Positions 1 to 11,594 of a stretch of DNA of 64,000 nt are shown piece by piece. The first letter of the stretch is position 1; the number at the start of each line of letters is the position of its first letter. A model generated the notes under the pieces. It ran no database searches and was not told the origin of the DNA. It worked only from the letters and a program-made list of their open reading frames with translations. Position numbers and translations under genes: made by a program. The stretch covers positions 1 to 64,000 of the forward strand of contig QPMI01000034.1 in assembly GCA_004431415.1 (NCBI GenBank), written 5' to 3'. Source of the DNA: Cyanophora paradoxa CCMP329. Taxonomy: Eukaryota; Plantae; Glaucophyta.

Positions 1-14
1 CCTCTGCCGGCACG

Positions 15-2105
15 TCAGAGGAGGCGGGGGTAAGGGGCGGCGGGCGCGCCGGCGGAGAGAAGGGAGGTGTCGGGGGAGTCGGCGGGGGCGGCCCGGGGCG
101 GCGAGATCGGGGGGAAGCGGCCGCGCAGCATCGCCCGGATCTGCGGCGGGCGCCGGTCGGGGGCGGGCGGGGCGGGGCGGGGCGGCGGGGCGGGCGGACG
201 CGGAGGATGGAGGTCTCCACGGAGGGGCCTCCTCCGCGAAGGACGCCTCGTCCTCGTCGCCCTCGTCGACCTCCCCGCCGCCTCCTCCCGCATCTGAACG
301 CCCGCAGCGTTGCGGGGGGCGCGAGGGACCGGGCCGGGCCGCAGATGCCGCGGCGCACCTCGGCAATGGTCTGGCGGGCGGCGGCGCGCACGTGGGCGGC
401 GCGGCCGCCGTGGAACGCCAGCCGTTGAAGGCCGACCAGAGGGCCGGCCGCCGCCACCGCGCCACCGCCGCCGCAGCGTCTGCGGGAGGGGTCAGCGGCG
501 CCCCTGCGGCTCGGGGAGGGCGGGGCGGACGGCGAGGGTGCGGGCGGCCTCGAGGGAGCGCAGGCGGGCCTCGGCCTCGGCGCGCCAGGCGGCGACCTCC
601 GCCGCCAGCCGCTCGGCCCGCGCCTCCGCCGCCTCCCGCTCCCCGCACGCCGCCCGCAGCCGCCCCTCCAGGTCCGCCACCGCCCCCGCCCCGCCCCGCC
701 GGCGCGGGGTGCGGGGCGCGGGCGAGGCGCCAGGCGGCGAAGGCGCGCTGGAGGCGGAGGCCGAGGGCGCGCTGCTGGCCCGCGCGAGGGCGACGCGCAG
801 CCGCCGGCCGCGCGCGGCCGCCCCGCGCAGGGCGGCGAGGGCGGCGCGGAGGCGGCGGCGGGAGGCGGCGGCCTCGAGGCGGGCGCCGGCGGCCTCTAGG
901 CGGCGGCGGTGGGCGGAGAGGGCGCGCCAGGCCGCGAAGGCGGCGGCGGCCGCCGCGGCGTCCCGCGGACCGCCTCCCGCGCGAGGCGCAGGTGCAGCGC
1001 GAAGGCCCGCGCCCGCAGCGCCCCCGCCTCCGAGGCGGGGGCGGCGGCGGGCCGGAGGCCGGCGCGGCCTGGGGGTGCGGGGCCGGGAGGGGCCGGGGAG
1101 GGCGGCGAGGGCGCGCTGGGCGTCGCCGACGCTGGAGGCGAAGTCGGCGGCGAGGGCGGCGAGGAGCTCCCGCGCCGCCTCGCGCTCCCCGCGCAGCCGC
1201 CGCGCCTTCTGCAGCACCCCGGCCAGCGAGGCCCGCACCTCGCGGGCGCGGGCCTTCTGCGAGCGCGCGGCCGCCACCCAGCGCCCCACGATCGCGTTCA
1301 TCTCCCCCGCCTGCTCCTCCCGCAGGCTCGCGATCTGCCGCCCCCCGCTCAGCCGGCGAGGCGCCCCGCGCGGCGGAGCTCGAGGGCGGGGCACCTGCTC
1401 GAGGAGCTCCTCGGTGGGGTTGAGGGGCCCGCAGCCGGCGCGCTCCCGCCGGGCGGTGTAGAAGAGGTGGCCCTCGGCCTCGGGGCGCCGCGGGGGCGTG
1501 GCCGGCTCGAGGCCCGGCGGGGCGTTCTCCTTGTCGTGGGGGCCGGCGCGGGCGGAGAGGAGGGCGCGGGCGCTCTGGAGGGCGGGGCGGGGCATCTGCT
1601 GGAGGACGCCCTCGAGGTTCGCGATGACGCGCTCCTTGGCCACCACCGAGAGCAGCAGCTTCGCCACCGTCCCCAGCTGCGGCGTCCGCTCCACCGCCCG
1701 CAGGTGCACGCTGATCCCCACCGAGCCGGCCTCGCCCAGCACGCCGTCCCCGCTCCCGCAGCCCGTGCTCGCCGGCGAGAGCAGCGACGCGTCCAGCGCC
1801 TCGCTCCCCTCCGTCCGCGGCGGGCTCACCACCACGTGGCGCGGCGGCGACACCAGCGCCAGCTCCAGCCGCCGAATGTCACGAATGAGCGGCGACTCCG
1901 CCCCGAGATTCGATTTGCCGGGGGACCCGCGGGGCGTGACCTTGGGCGGCGCGCCAGGGCTGAACAGCGGCCGCGCCGGCGCGAGCACCGTCCGCGGGCT
2001 GGTGAGGTCTCCTGACGCGGGGCTGCTGAAGCCTTTGCGCGGGCTGAGGCCGACGGGCGCTGGCGCGCCGGCCGGACTGTTATGTGGCCCTAGCACGCGC
2101 TGCAT
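15..2105 (-). CDS. Hypothetical low-complexity/coiled-coil protein (multi-exon)
   Basis: ATG at 2105 (MQRVLGPHNSP...), Ser-Pro-rich N-terminus, helical segments (GEMNAIVGRWVAAARSQK, AFAAWR/SAFNGWR). Host-type introns (CTGAC..GCAG) near 480 and 295. 3' end uncertain. Confidence 0.5.
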
Positions 2106-2270
2106 CGCGACTAGCTGCGTACGCGGGCTGCCGCGGAGTGCAACGCAGCTCCGGAAGGTCTCCGGCTCTTGCGCGCTCGCGCGGGGCTGGTCGGAAGCCG
2201 CAAGTTTTTCAAGCGCAACGGGCTAAACTGTCCGTACCCGGACCCACTTCATTCCCCCGTCGACAAGAAA

Positions 2271-3655
2271 ATGGGAAAGAAGAAGCGTCAAAAGCAGCAG
2301 AAGCCGTGGTGCTATTACTGCGATCGCCTCTTCGATGACGAAAAGGTTCGCTCCCGCCCGACCGAATGTTCCTCGCGTCGAGCCCCCCCCCGAATCGTGT
2401 CCGATCGCACCCACAGGTTCTTCTCCTGCACCAAAAGGCGAAACATTTCAAGTGCAATGAGTGCCACAAGAAGCTCACGAGCATCGCCGGGCTGGTCATC
2501 CATTGCGCACAAATGCACAAGATAACCCTCTCGAAGTGAGCGAAATGTGTAGCTTTCGTGTCGCTCGCGTCTCTGATGCTTTCCCCCCGCTGTCAGGGTG
2601 CCGCAGGCCCGCGAAGGCCGCGACGACGCGCCTCCCAAGGGCCCGAACGTCGCAGGTACGCGCGACGCACTCGCGAAACCCTGTGCGAGATCTCATGCCC
2701 CGCTCCAGGCATGGAAGGGATCCCGGAGGACTGCCTCGGGCCCGACGGCGGTGCGAGCGGAACTCGCCTCTTCCGCGCCTGCGCTAGCTTATCGGTGGTG
2801 CCCGTCACGCAGACGGAGGTGGCAAGCGCCAGCGCGCGGACGACTCGGACGACGACAGCGGACCCGCGATCCCCGCCGCGCTCCCGGGCATCTCGCTCCT
2901 CCCTCCAGGGACCGGCGGCGCCGGCTTCGTGCACACGCCGGCCTCGATGCCGGCCGGCAGCATGTCGATGGCGAACCCCTACATGCCTCAGATCCCCGGC
3001 ATGGCCGGCAGCATGCCCTCGTTCCCCGGCATGGGGCCTCCGTACGGGTGCGCGCCCGCACCAGAGGGGCGCCGAGGGCCCGCTGAGCGCGCGCTCGCAG
3101 GATGGGCATCTATCAGAGCCTGCAGGGGATGCAGGGGATGCCCCCGCCGCCCCCGCCCCCGCCCATGGGCGGCTACCCGGGCTTCCCGCCGGGGATGTCG
3201 CCGCCCCCGCAGCCGCCGTCTTACGGTGCGCCTCCGCCTCGCGCGAGCCCCGCCCGAGGCGCGCCGCCCGCGCTGACGGCGCGCAGGCGTCCCGCCGGGC
3301 ATGCCGGGCTACGGCTTCCCCGGCGCCCCGCCCATGCCTATGCCCCCCCAGCCGGCCTACCCGGGCACCCCGTCGGCCCGACCTTCCAGCCGCTGGGCGC
3401 CCCGCCCATGCAGCAGCCGCCCAGGCCCCGCCGCAAGGTCCGCCGACGCGCCCCGCGGGTCGCCCCGCGCGCGCTGACGGGGCCGGGCAGCGCCGCCGCC
3501 GCCGCCGGCCGCGCCGGCGAACCAGAAGATGATCTTCGACGACGAGGAGTTCTCCCCCGTGCGTCCCGCGCCCCGCCCCGCGCCCTTCGCCTCGGCCCAC
3601 GCCCGCGCAGGAGGAGAAGCGCGCCGCCCAGGAGCGCTACAAGGTCGAGAACTAG
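2271..3655 (+). CDS. ZNF207: BUB3-interacting C2H2 zinc-finger protein ZNF207/BuGZ (SUF4-like)
   Basis: Spliced MGKKKRQKQQKPWCYYCDRLFDDEK|VLLLHQKAKHFKCNECHKKLTSIAGLVIHCAQMHK, GMEGIP motif, Pro/Met-rich middle, C-terminal MIFDDEEFSP|EEKRA (GLEBS-like). Confidence 0.93.
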
Positions 3656-4140
3656 GCGGGCGACGCCAAGGCGGGCGGCTCGGCAGAGAGCGCTGCACGC
3701 GCGCAGTGCGCCGGTTTTCCAGCGTCGAGACGCCCCCTGACGCCGCCCCCAACTAGCCCCGTCCTCTCCTTCCCCGCTGCTCCCGTGTTCACCGCGCCCC
3801 TGGTGCGCCCGAGCTCGCCTGCCCCTCTGAACGCGCCAGGCGCTAGCCCCGTCATTTCCCACGGTGCGCCTCCGACGCGCCCCGTCCGTCCCTCCCCGTA
3901 GCCCCCCGCCCCCCTCCCTGCTCGTGCTCCGAGCTGCCTCTCCAAATGGGAGAAAAACACGAAAACGAAAATGAGGCGAAGCGCCCGCTGCCCACGCATG
4001 CTCCGAGGCTCTCTCTCCACGATCCCAAAGCGGGCCCATGCCGAGGTGCTTGTCGGCTCGACTCGACTAGTAAATTCGAAGTGGAAGCGGAATTCGAAGG
4101 GAGCACTGGGGCGGGGCTCTGGCTAGGGGCGGGCGGGGGT

Positions 4141-6748
4141 CTACTCGACGGGCCCGTCGTCGTCCTCGGGGTTGCCCTCGTCCTCGGAGGGCTCGAACGT
4201 GTCGTCCGGCACCCGGTAGATCCGCACCACCGGCTGCGCGACCCTCAGCCGCCAGCCAGCGGCGCGGGCGGGGCGGGGCGGGCGGGGCGGGGCGGACGTT
4301 GGCGGGGTCCTTGAGGATGAGGTACTTGCCCTCGGGGTTCGCCAGCAGGATGTCCAGCACCTTCTTGAGCACGCCCCAGCCGTTCGAGAAGTTGAACTGC
4401 GCCGCGTCAGGCCTCCGCGCCGCCGCGGGGGGCGCGGGCGGGGCGGCCGCACGTTGATGCGGGTGGCGAACTCCTTGGGCCGGTAGAGTTGCACGGCGAG
4501 GATCGAGTGCCGGTATGGGTCCCGCGGGTGGATGCGCGTCACGAAGCTGCCCGCCCGTGAGCGGCGGGACGGGGCAGGGGGCGGGGGGCGGGGGCGGGGC
4601 GGGGGCGGACCCGAGCTTGATCTGGGCGACGCCGGAGAGGAGGGCCTGGGAGGCCCAGCGGGCGACCTTGGAGGCGTTGTTGCGGATCTCCGTCGCCATC
4701 ACCGACCCGCTGCGCCCCGCCGCCCCGCCCCTCGGCCCCGCGTCCCCCGCGCCAGCGCGAGGGGAGGGACGGGGAAGCGGACCGCTGGGACTCGAGCTTG
4801 GTGCGCCAGTCGGTGCCGGCGTACTTGGGGTCGATCTCGTTCAGCGCCCGCACGCTGCCGGCCGCGCCGTCAGTGCCAGGGCGGGGCGGGGCGGGGCGGG
4901 CAGGCGGGGCCGGGGGGAGGGACCTGAGGAACTGGGGCCCGGCGGCCTCGCGGGCCTCGGCGGCCTCGGCCGAGGGGGCGACGGTCGAGTCCTTGAGGAT
5001 GCCGTCCACCTCGCACCGCGCCACGATCTTCACGCCCTGCGCACACGACCCGCTTTCGGCCCCCCGCCCGCACGGCACGCGCGGGGCCGGCCGCGGGGGA
5101 CGGGACGCACGCCGATCTCCCACATGCGGTACCGGTAGCCGACCGAGGCGACCTGCTCGCCCTCCGTCGCGAAGGGGTTCGGCCGCCCGAAGTCGTGCCC
5201 GTTCTCCACACCCGCTGCGAGGACCTGCGCCGCCGCTCGCCGCTGCCCGCCGGGCCGGGAGCCGCGGGGGGCCGACCTGCTGGGAGAAGTTCTGGTTGAT
5301 CATCGTCGCCTCGCGGCTGATGCTGCCCGGCGAGTTGATTCCCTCCCCCGTCTTGTCGTCCGCCGCCGGCAGCGCGATCTCCGACCCGTTCTCGCACACC
5401 GTGAGCAGGTCTGCCGTCGCCTCAGCCCGGGCGCAGCGAGGCGATGCCGGGGCGCGCGCGCACCGACACGGGAGCCGGGCCGCTTGTCAAGGAAGAGCTT
5501 GTCGCCCACGCGCCGCGCGACGAGGTCCCACGAGTAGACCGAACTGGCGCCGCACGGTCGGTCCTGGGTGCCGGGATGGGGCGGAGGGGGCGCGAGCGCA
5601 CCGGGGGGCGGCCATAAGGATGGAGAGGATCTGATCGGTAGCGTAAACCTGGCCCTTGTTCGACTCCGCCAGCTGCGCGAAGGAACTGTAAGGAGCGCGC
5701 GAGGAACGAACGCCGCGCCTGCGGCGAACCTGCTGGATGACGGGATCGTCCGACGTTGTGACGTTGTGGAAGACGACGCTCTCGTAGCGCTGCAGCGGCT
5801 TCGGCTGCTTCGTGGTGATGCGGTCGTAGGTCTTGTCGTACGCGCCAACAGCACCGGCGGACAGACTGCGGGCGCGGCCCCGTCAGCCGAGCGCCGAAAC
5901 CGAAAAGACACCACATATTCGCACATTTCCTTCGCCTCCGGAATGTTGTCTACGGTCAGCTTCTGCAGGCCCGCGAAAGCAATCTGATCGACGACCTCCC
6001 ACTCCGGCTTCACGTCGACGGAGCTCTCCTTGAACGCCGAAGCGCGCTCTGCAGAGACGGAATGAGCCGCTTTCCAATAAGTTTGCAACCGGAAACCCAG
6101 CCGCACCCGCAATACGATCACGGCCATACCAGCCCCTCCGATCCCGAGGCTGGAAGCCACGGCGCGTGGTTGTGTTCTCCTGGTCCTTGCGCACGAGCGC
6201 GGACGAGACCTTCTGGTAGCGCCCACCGCGGAAGCCGCCGCGCCAGTTCTGGCCCTTGGGCGCAATAACCTTCGTCGACACGGTCTGGAACGTGTCGTCC
6301 TCGCCGCCTAAGACGCAACGCATCAGCGCTGACGAAGAAAGAAATGCAGCGCTAACGCAAAGCTAAACAGCGCTTGATAGGGGCGGGCGTGAGACTCTAG
6401 CCGGGGCGGTGATCGTGAGCGACGCACGGGGCACGACGCCGCGGAAGCGCGCCTCCGCCTGCCAGTCTGCCGCCTTGCCGAGACGACCCGTCCGCTCGAA
6501 CGCATCGAAGAAAGGCGGGAGGCTCTCGACAAGGTCCGCCGGCGGCTCATCCGGCGGGCCCCAGCCCTCTGCGGCGTGAGAGGATGCCAAGCGTCAGCAC
6601 ACAGGCACACCGGCGCATCGAATGGCGACCGCTATGAACTCCTCGTCGCCCGATGGCGCGAGGTTGCCACATCGCGCCGGAAGGAGCGCTTCGCGCTGAC
6701 GGGCCACGCACCCCTGTTATCAATGCATCCGGGAACGTCGAACACCAT
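4141..6748 (-). CDS. EIF3D: Translation initiation factor 3 subunit D
   Basis: MVFDVPGCIDNR|EGWGP..RLGKAADW, SSVDVKPEW, SVYSWDLV..LFLDKR, EATMINQNFSQQ, ALNEIDPK..DWRTKLESQR, ATEIRNNASKVARW, GKYLILKDP. Confidence 0.95.
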
Positions 6749-6994
6749 TTCTTCTCGCACACGCCGCGGATTTGCTCGCCGCGACGATGACCGATGTCGA
6801 CGGTACCCCCGCTAAGATCTCTCCCCCCTCTCCAAAAGACCCCGCCAGCGAACGCGCGCCGCCGGACCCGTCCGAACTCAGCGCTGTGCACGCGGCGTGC
6901 AACTCAGCGCTGGGCGCATCGAAGCTCGGAGGCCCGAACGGTGGTTTTGAAAGCCTTGCCCTGACGAGCATGCAACGATAGCGTCGCGGCTGCG

Positions 6995-9900
6995 ATGAAG
7001 AGCGTGCACGGCATGCGGAGACATGCCGCCTCGCGGCCGGCGGCGGCGTCGCACAGACTCTTCGCGGCGGCGCTCCTTGTAGTCTTGGCGCTGGACCCGC
7101 TGCACGCAGCGCCGACGGCCCCAGCGGACCCCGTAGATAGTCTTTCTCAGGTTGCTTCGGCCGATGAGACGTGCCGCGTGCTCGTGGACGACGTCGTTTT
7201 CGACCTCACCCCGCTTGCCAGCATTCATAACGGCGGTGCGAGCACGCCTTCCGCTGCGCGGTGTAGCTCTTCTGAATGGAAGCGCATGCAGGTCTCGATA
7301 CGATGATAGGCGACTCGATACAGCTCAACCCGTGTGGACCTGTCAGCAATGCGCTGTGCCCTGCTGGGTGCGAGCTCCCGCTACGTGTGCCCGCGGACCC
7401 TTAGCTAATTGAGCTGGCAGGTCGTCGGTGTGTCGCCTCGACAAGACCGACAACCCGAACAAGGACATCGGGTCGTTCAGCTCGCGGATCTGGGTCACGC
7501 AGCAGGGCTTCCCGGTTCTCAGCCTGGAAGGTGCGCGCCGCGGGCAGGACTCGGAGAGTGCCGGAGGGCTGACCGGCGAGCGCAGGCGAGAAGATCAAGC
7601 CGGACGAGGAGCAGCGGTACAAGACGCTGATCCTGTTCAAGTGCGACGAGACGGCGAAGGGCCAGGGCGCGATGGACCTGGTGACTATCAACGGAACGGA
7701 CCCGAGCCTGCTCACGCTGATCTGGCGGACGGCGCTCGTGTGCCGCTCGGGAGGCGTCCTCTACCCGCCCCTCTCGACGGCCTCGCCCGAGGCGGTCACG
7801 GCGCGCTCGGGCGAGAAGGCGTACTTTACGGTGCGCCTCAAGGACGGGAACCGGCAGGAGCTGCAGAACTGCACGGGGATGAGCCCCGTCGTGGCCGTCG
7901 ACATCGGGCCCGTGTCGTTCGAGCCCTCGTTCGACGCGGCCACCTGCACCGCGCGCGTCGCCGTCTGGGCCGCCGCCGCGAGGCTCTACCCCGTCGCCGT
8001 CCGCGTCAACGGCCAGCTCATCGGCACCGCCGTCACCCTCACCGTCACGCCGAGTGCGCCCCCGCCAACGCCGAGAACCCCTCGAACCGGCCGGCGCGGC
8101 TGACGCCAGCGGGGGCGGGCAGGCGAGCCCAAGATGTGGTTCTTCCTGGACCTGCGGCCGCTGGTGGCGGGCAGCCCGTACAGGATCCGCTTCTACGCCG
8201 TCGACGCCGCCGGTGCGGCGCCCGCCGCCCTTCGACGGCGGCGCGGCTGAGGCGGGGCGCAGGGAACAACGTGACCTTCTGCGTCGCGCCGGGGGCGGCC
8301 GGCTCCTCGCAGGCGCTCTTCACCCTGGCGGACGGCTCGCAGCCGGCGCTGCCCATCGCCTGCAACTCCGGCGACTACTACGTCGAGGCCTCGTGCGCCC
8401 GCCCCCGCGCCCGCCCCCGCCCGCCCCGCCCCGGAGCGCGAAGCGGCGGGCAGGTTCACGGTGGCGGGGGCGGGGAGCGTGCGGATGGTGGTGAACGGGA
8501 CGGAGGTGCTGCAGTCGGCGCTGGAGGTCCAGCCCTCGAGCTTCGTCGCCCCCTCGTGCTCCCTCCTCTTTGAACAGAACGACCCCAGCTCCGTCATCGC
8601 CGGCCAGCCCTGGGCCACCCTGTCCGCCCCGAGTCCCCCCCGCCCCGCCCCGCCCCGCCCCGCCCGGACCCGGCCAACCCGCGCGGCGCAGGGTGATGTG
8701 CACCCAGGACCGGTTTGGAAACAAAGAGGCGGGGTGCTACCCGCAGCACGGGATCACGGCGGCGGTGGCCGGCCCGACGGCGGTCACGACCGTCTCGCAG
8801 TGCGCCACGCGCGGCCTCGTCGAGATTAGCTTCACCGCCACGCGCGCCGGCCTGTGCGCCCGCCCCGCCGCCCCTCCCTCCCCGCCCGCGCGCCGCCGCG
8901 AGCCCCTCGCCAGGTACACGGTGTCAGTGAACGCGTCGGGGGAGGCCATCCCGAACGGCCCCGTCGACGTCGTCGTCCTCCCCGGTGCCCGACGCCGGCC
9001 CCGCCCCCGGCGCCCCGCGCGGCCGACGCGCGTGCGCAGCGTCGCCCGAGGCGACGGAGGCCGAGCTGCGGGACAAGTGCCCGCTCGAGTTCCGCGTCGC
9101 CGGCATGCAGTGCGTCGCCTACGTCCAGATGAAGGACAAGTTCGGTGCGCAGCGCCCCCCCCCCCCCCCCCCCCCCCCCCCCCGCGCGCCTCACCGGGGG
9201 GCAGGGAACCCGTCGGCGGCGTGCGAGGACACCGGCCTCAAGCTCGTCATCAACGGCCTCGACGGTGCTCCCCGCCGCCCCTCTCCTCCCCCTCCCCCTC
9301 TGAGCGCCCCGTAGACAACTCCACTGCCACCTACACCTACAACCGTCCGCCCCGCCGCCCCCGCCGCCCCGCTCCCCCTCGCCGCCCGCCGCCGAGCCCG
9401 CGCGGCAGAGTGCCTGGACGGGGCCTACGCCTTCCCGTACAACATCACCAAGGCCGGCCGCTTCACCCTCGGCTCCTACAGGTCCGCCCCGCCCCGCCCC
9501 GCGCCGTCCGCGAGGGCCTGGCGCGACGGCCGCCGGGGCGCAGCACGACGAGCGGCGTCAGCAGCAACGCCGTCGCCGTCACCGTCGTCTCTGGTGCCCC
9601 GCGCCCGCCCCCCCGCCCCGGCCGCGCCCTCCCTCCGGGGTCGCGGGGGTGACGGGGCGGGCGCGCGCAGCGGCCTTCACGCCGACGCAGTCGTACCTGC
9701 TGCGGGACGTCCCGGTGCGGATGACGGCCGGCGTCTCGGACACGATCCGCGTGCAGGCCGCCGACCAGTTCGGCAACGCCAAGTCCGACTGCACCGGCGT
9801 CGACTTCGTCATCTCCCTCACCGGTCCGCCCCGCCCCGCCCCCCGCCGCCCGCCCCGCCCTCCCGCCCGGCCGACGCGCGGGGGCGGGGCAGACATGAAG

Positions 9901-11323
9901 GGGCGGATCAGCACGATCTCGAACAACACCTTCTGCGCGGACGGCGTCTCGTCGGCGCCCGTGGCGCTCACGAAGAGCGGCCGGTACTCCCTCTCGGTGA
10001 CCTCCCTCTCCACGAGCTTCCCCATCAAGGAGAGCCCGATGGCGCTCATCGTGGCGCCCGGGCCCCTCGACCCCGAGAACTGCATCGTCTTCGGCGAGGG
10101 CGTCACCGACGGCGGCACCGCGCACGCCAACGTCCAGTTCTCCATCCAGGCCCGCGACGCCTACGGCAACTACATGGAGTCCTGCGACCAGTCCGCCCTC
10201 TTCACTGTCCGTCGCCCCGCCCCGCGCCCCCCGCCCCCGCCCCGCCCGGCGCCGCCTGACGCGCCGGGGCGGGCGGGCAGGCGCACGTGGCGATGAAGGG
10301 GGTGGCGGACGGGCTGGCGTCGGGCGGGAGCGACGTGAGCTCGCCCTTCGCCGACTACAACGTCGGCCGCACCGCCGCCGCCAAGATCCTCGGCACCGTC
10401 ACCTCCTGCCGCTCCGGCGTCTACAACATCACCGTCCGCCCCGCCCCGCCCCCCCGCCCCGCCCCGCCCCGCCCCGCCCTGCCCGCCGCTGAGCGCCGCG
10501 CAGTACGTGCCGCCGGAGCCGGGCGAGTACCTCATCGAAGTCCGCTACGCCAACGTCAGGTACGCCGCGCCGCCCCCGCCCCCGCCGCGCCGGTGCCGGG
10601 CGGGCCGAGCGTGCGGGGCAGCATCACGGCGGAACCGTTCGGGGTGGTGACGAAGCCGCCGCTGCCGGACTCGTCGTCGCGGCGGGAGTCGGAGGTCATC
10701 TTCCTCATCTGCATCATCTGGGTCGCCGGCCTCCTCGTCCTCGCCGGCGCCTGCTTCCTCGGTGCCCCGGCCCCCGCCCCGCCCGCCCCGCCCGCCCCGC
10801 CCGCGCTGACGGCGCGGGGGGCGCAGACTGGAGGCGGAAGCGGGGCCTGGGGAGCATGGGCTCGGAGGGCCCGGACCTGGAGCGGGGCGGGAGCGCGGCC
10901 TCGGACGCCGCCTCGCCCGAGGAGAGCCGCGGCGGCCGCCTCCTCAAGGAGGGCGCCCCCGCAGCGACGCCCCCGCCCCGCCCCCGCCGCCCCCGCCGGG
11001 GCCGCCCCCGCGGGCCCCCCGGCGGCAGCGGCACGCCGCCCTCGAGCTCGCCGGCGCCCTCGCCGGCGGTGCAGTCGCCCGAGACGGGCTCGAGGCCGCC
11101 GGCGCCCCCGTCGGGGGCCACCAGCCGCCCGGCGACCCCCCCCCCCCCGTCGAGCTCAAGGAGTTCGGCCCCGCCTCCGCCCGCGACCCCGACGACCCCC
11201 CCGCCAGCCCCTAGACAGCACCCGCAGGCAGCATTACCGTTTTTCACATCGAACAGATCGTTTTTTTTCAGCTGCCGGCCGTCGCGTGCGCCTGCAAACG
11301 CCGCGGCGTCCACTGCTCGCTAG
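6995..11323 (+). CDS. Type-I membrane protein: signal peptide, MRH (mannose-6-phosphate receptor homology) domain, several filamin-type Ig repeats, TM helix, Pro/Ser-rich tail
   Basis: Hydrophobic leader (LFAAALLVVLAL). MRH signature VFDLTPL..LNPCGPV..VC..TLILFKCD..LIWRTALVC. Filamin motifs QDRFGN, KDKFGN, ADQFGN, RDAYGN. TM VIFLICIIWVAGLLVLAGACFL then WRRKR. About 18 short introns. Confidence 0.8.
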
Positions 11324-11594
11324 CTACAGCGCGCGCGCTAGAGCAAGCGCTAGCAGTGCCTAGCACCGCGAAGCCGCAGGCCTAGGGCCGATTTCTTCCC
11401 CCCCCCCTCCCCCGTCTCACCGCAGACGAGTACAGGTTTCGAGCTCAAGCGAACTCGAAAGCTAGGCACAGGATCCCAGCGAACAGCGTTTCAGCGAGCT
11501 ACTGATCACTGCCAGGCTTCGAAAAGAAAGCCGTAACTCGCCCAGCGATGGCGGGCGTTGTTTGTCGCTAGGCACGAGAGACCAAGCGATTCGG

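Noticed and set aside
6571-6710. Multi-hairpin eIF3d first intron as an ncRNA
   Set aside because: Stems are expected at this GC content; no convincing C/D or H/ACA boxes.
9155-9183. Long poly-C tracts (also ~29421, 49803, 53760, 61427, 62432) and apparent frameshifts in GC-rich exons as programmed frameshifts or pseudogenes
   Set aside because: Mostly intronic or intergenic; frame breaks coincide with homopolymers and are most simply sequencing indels.
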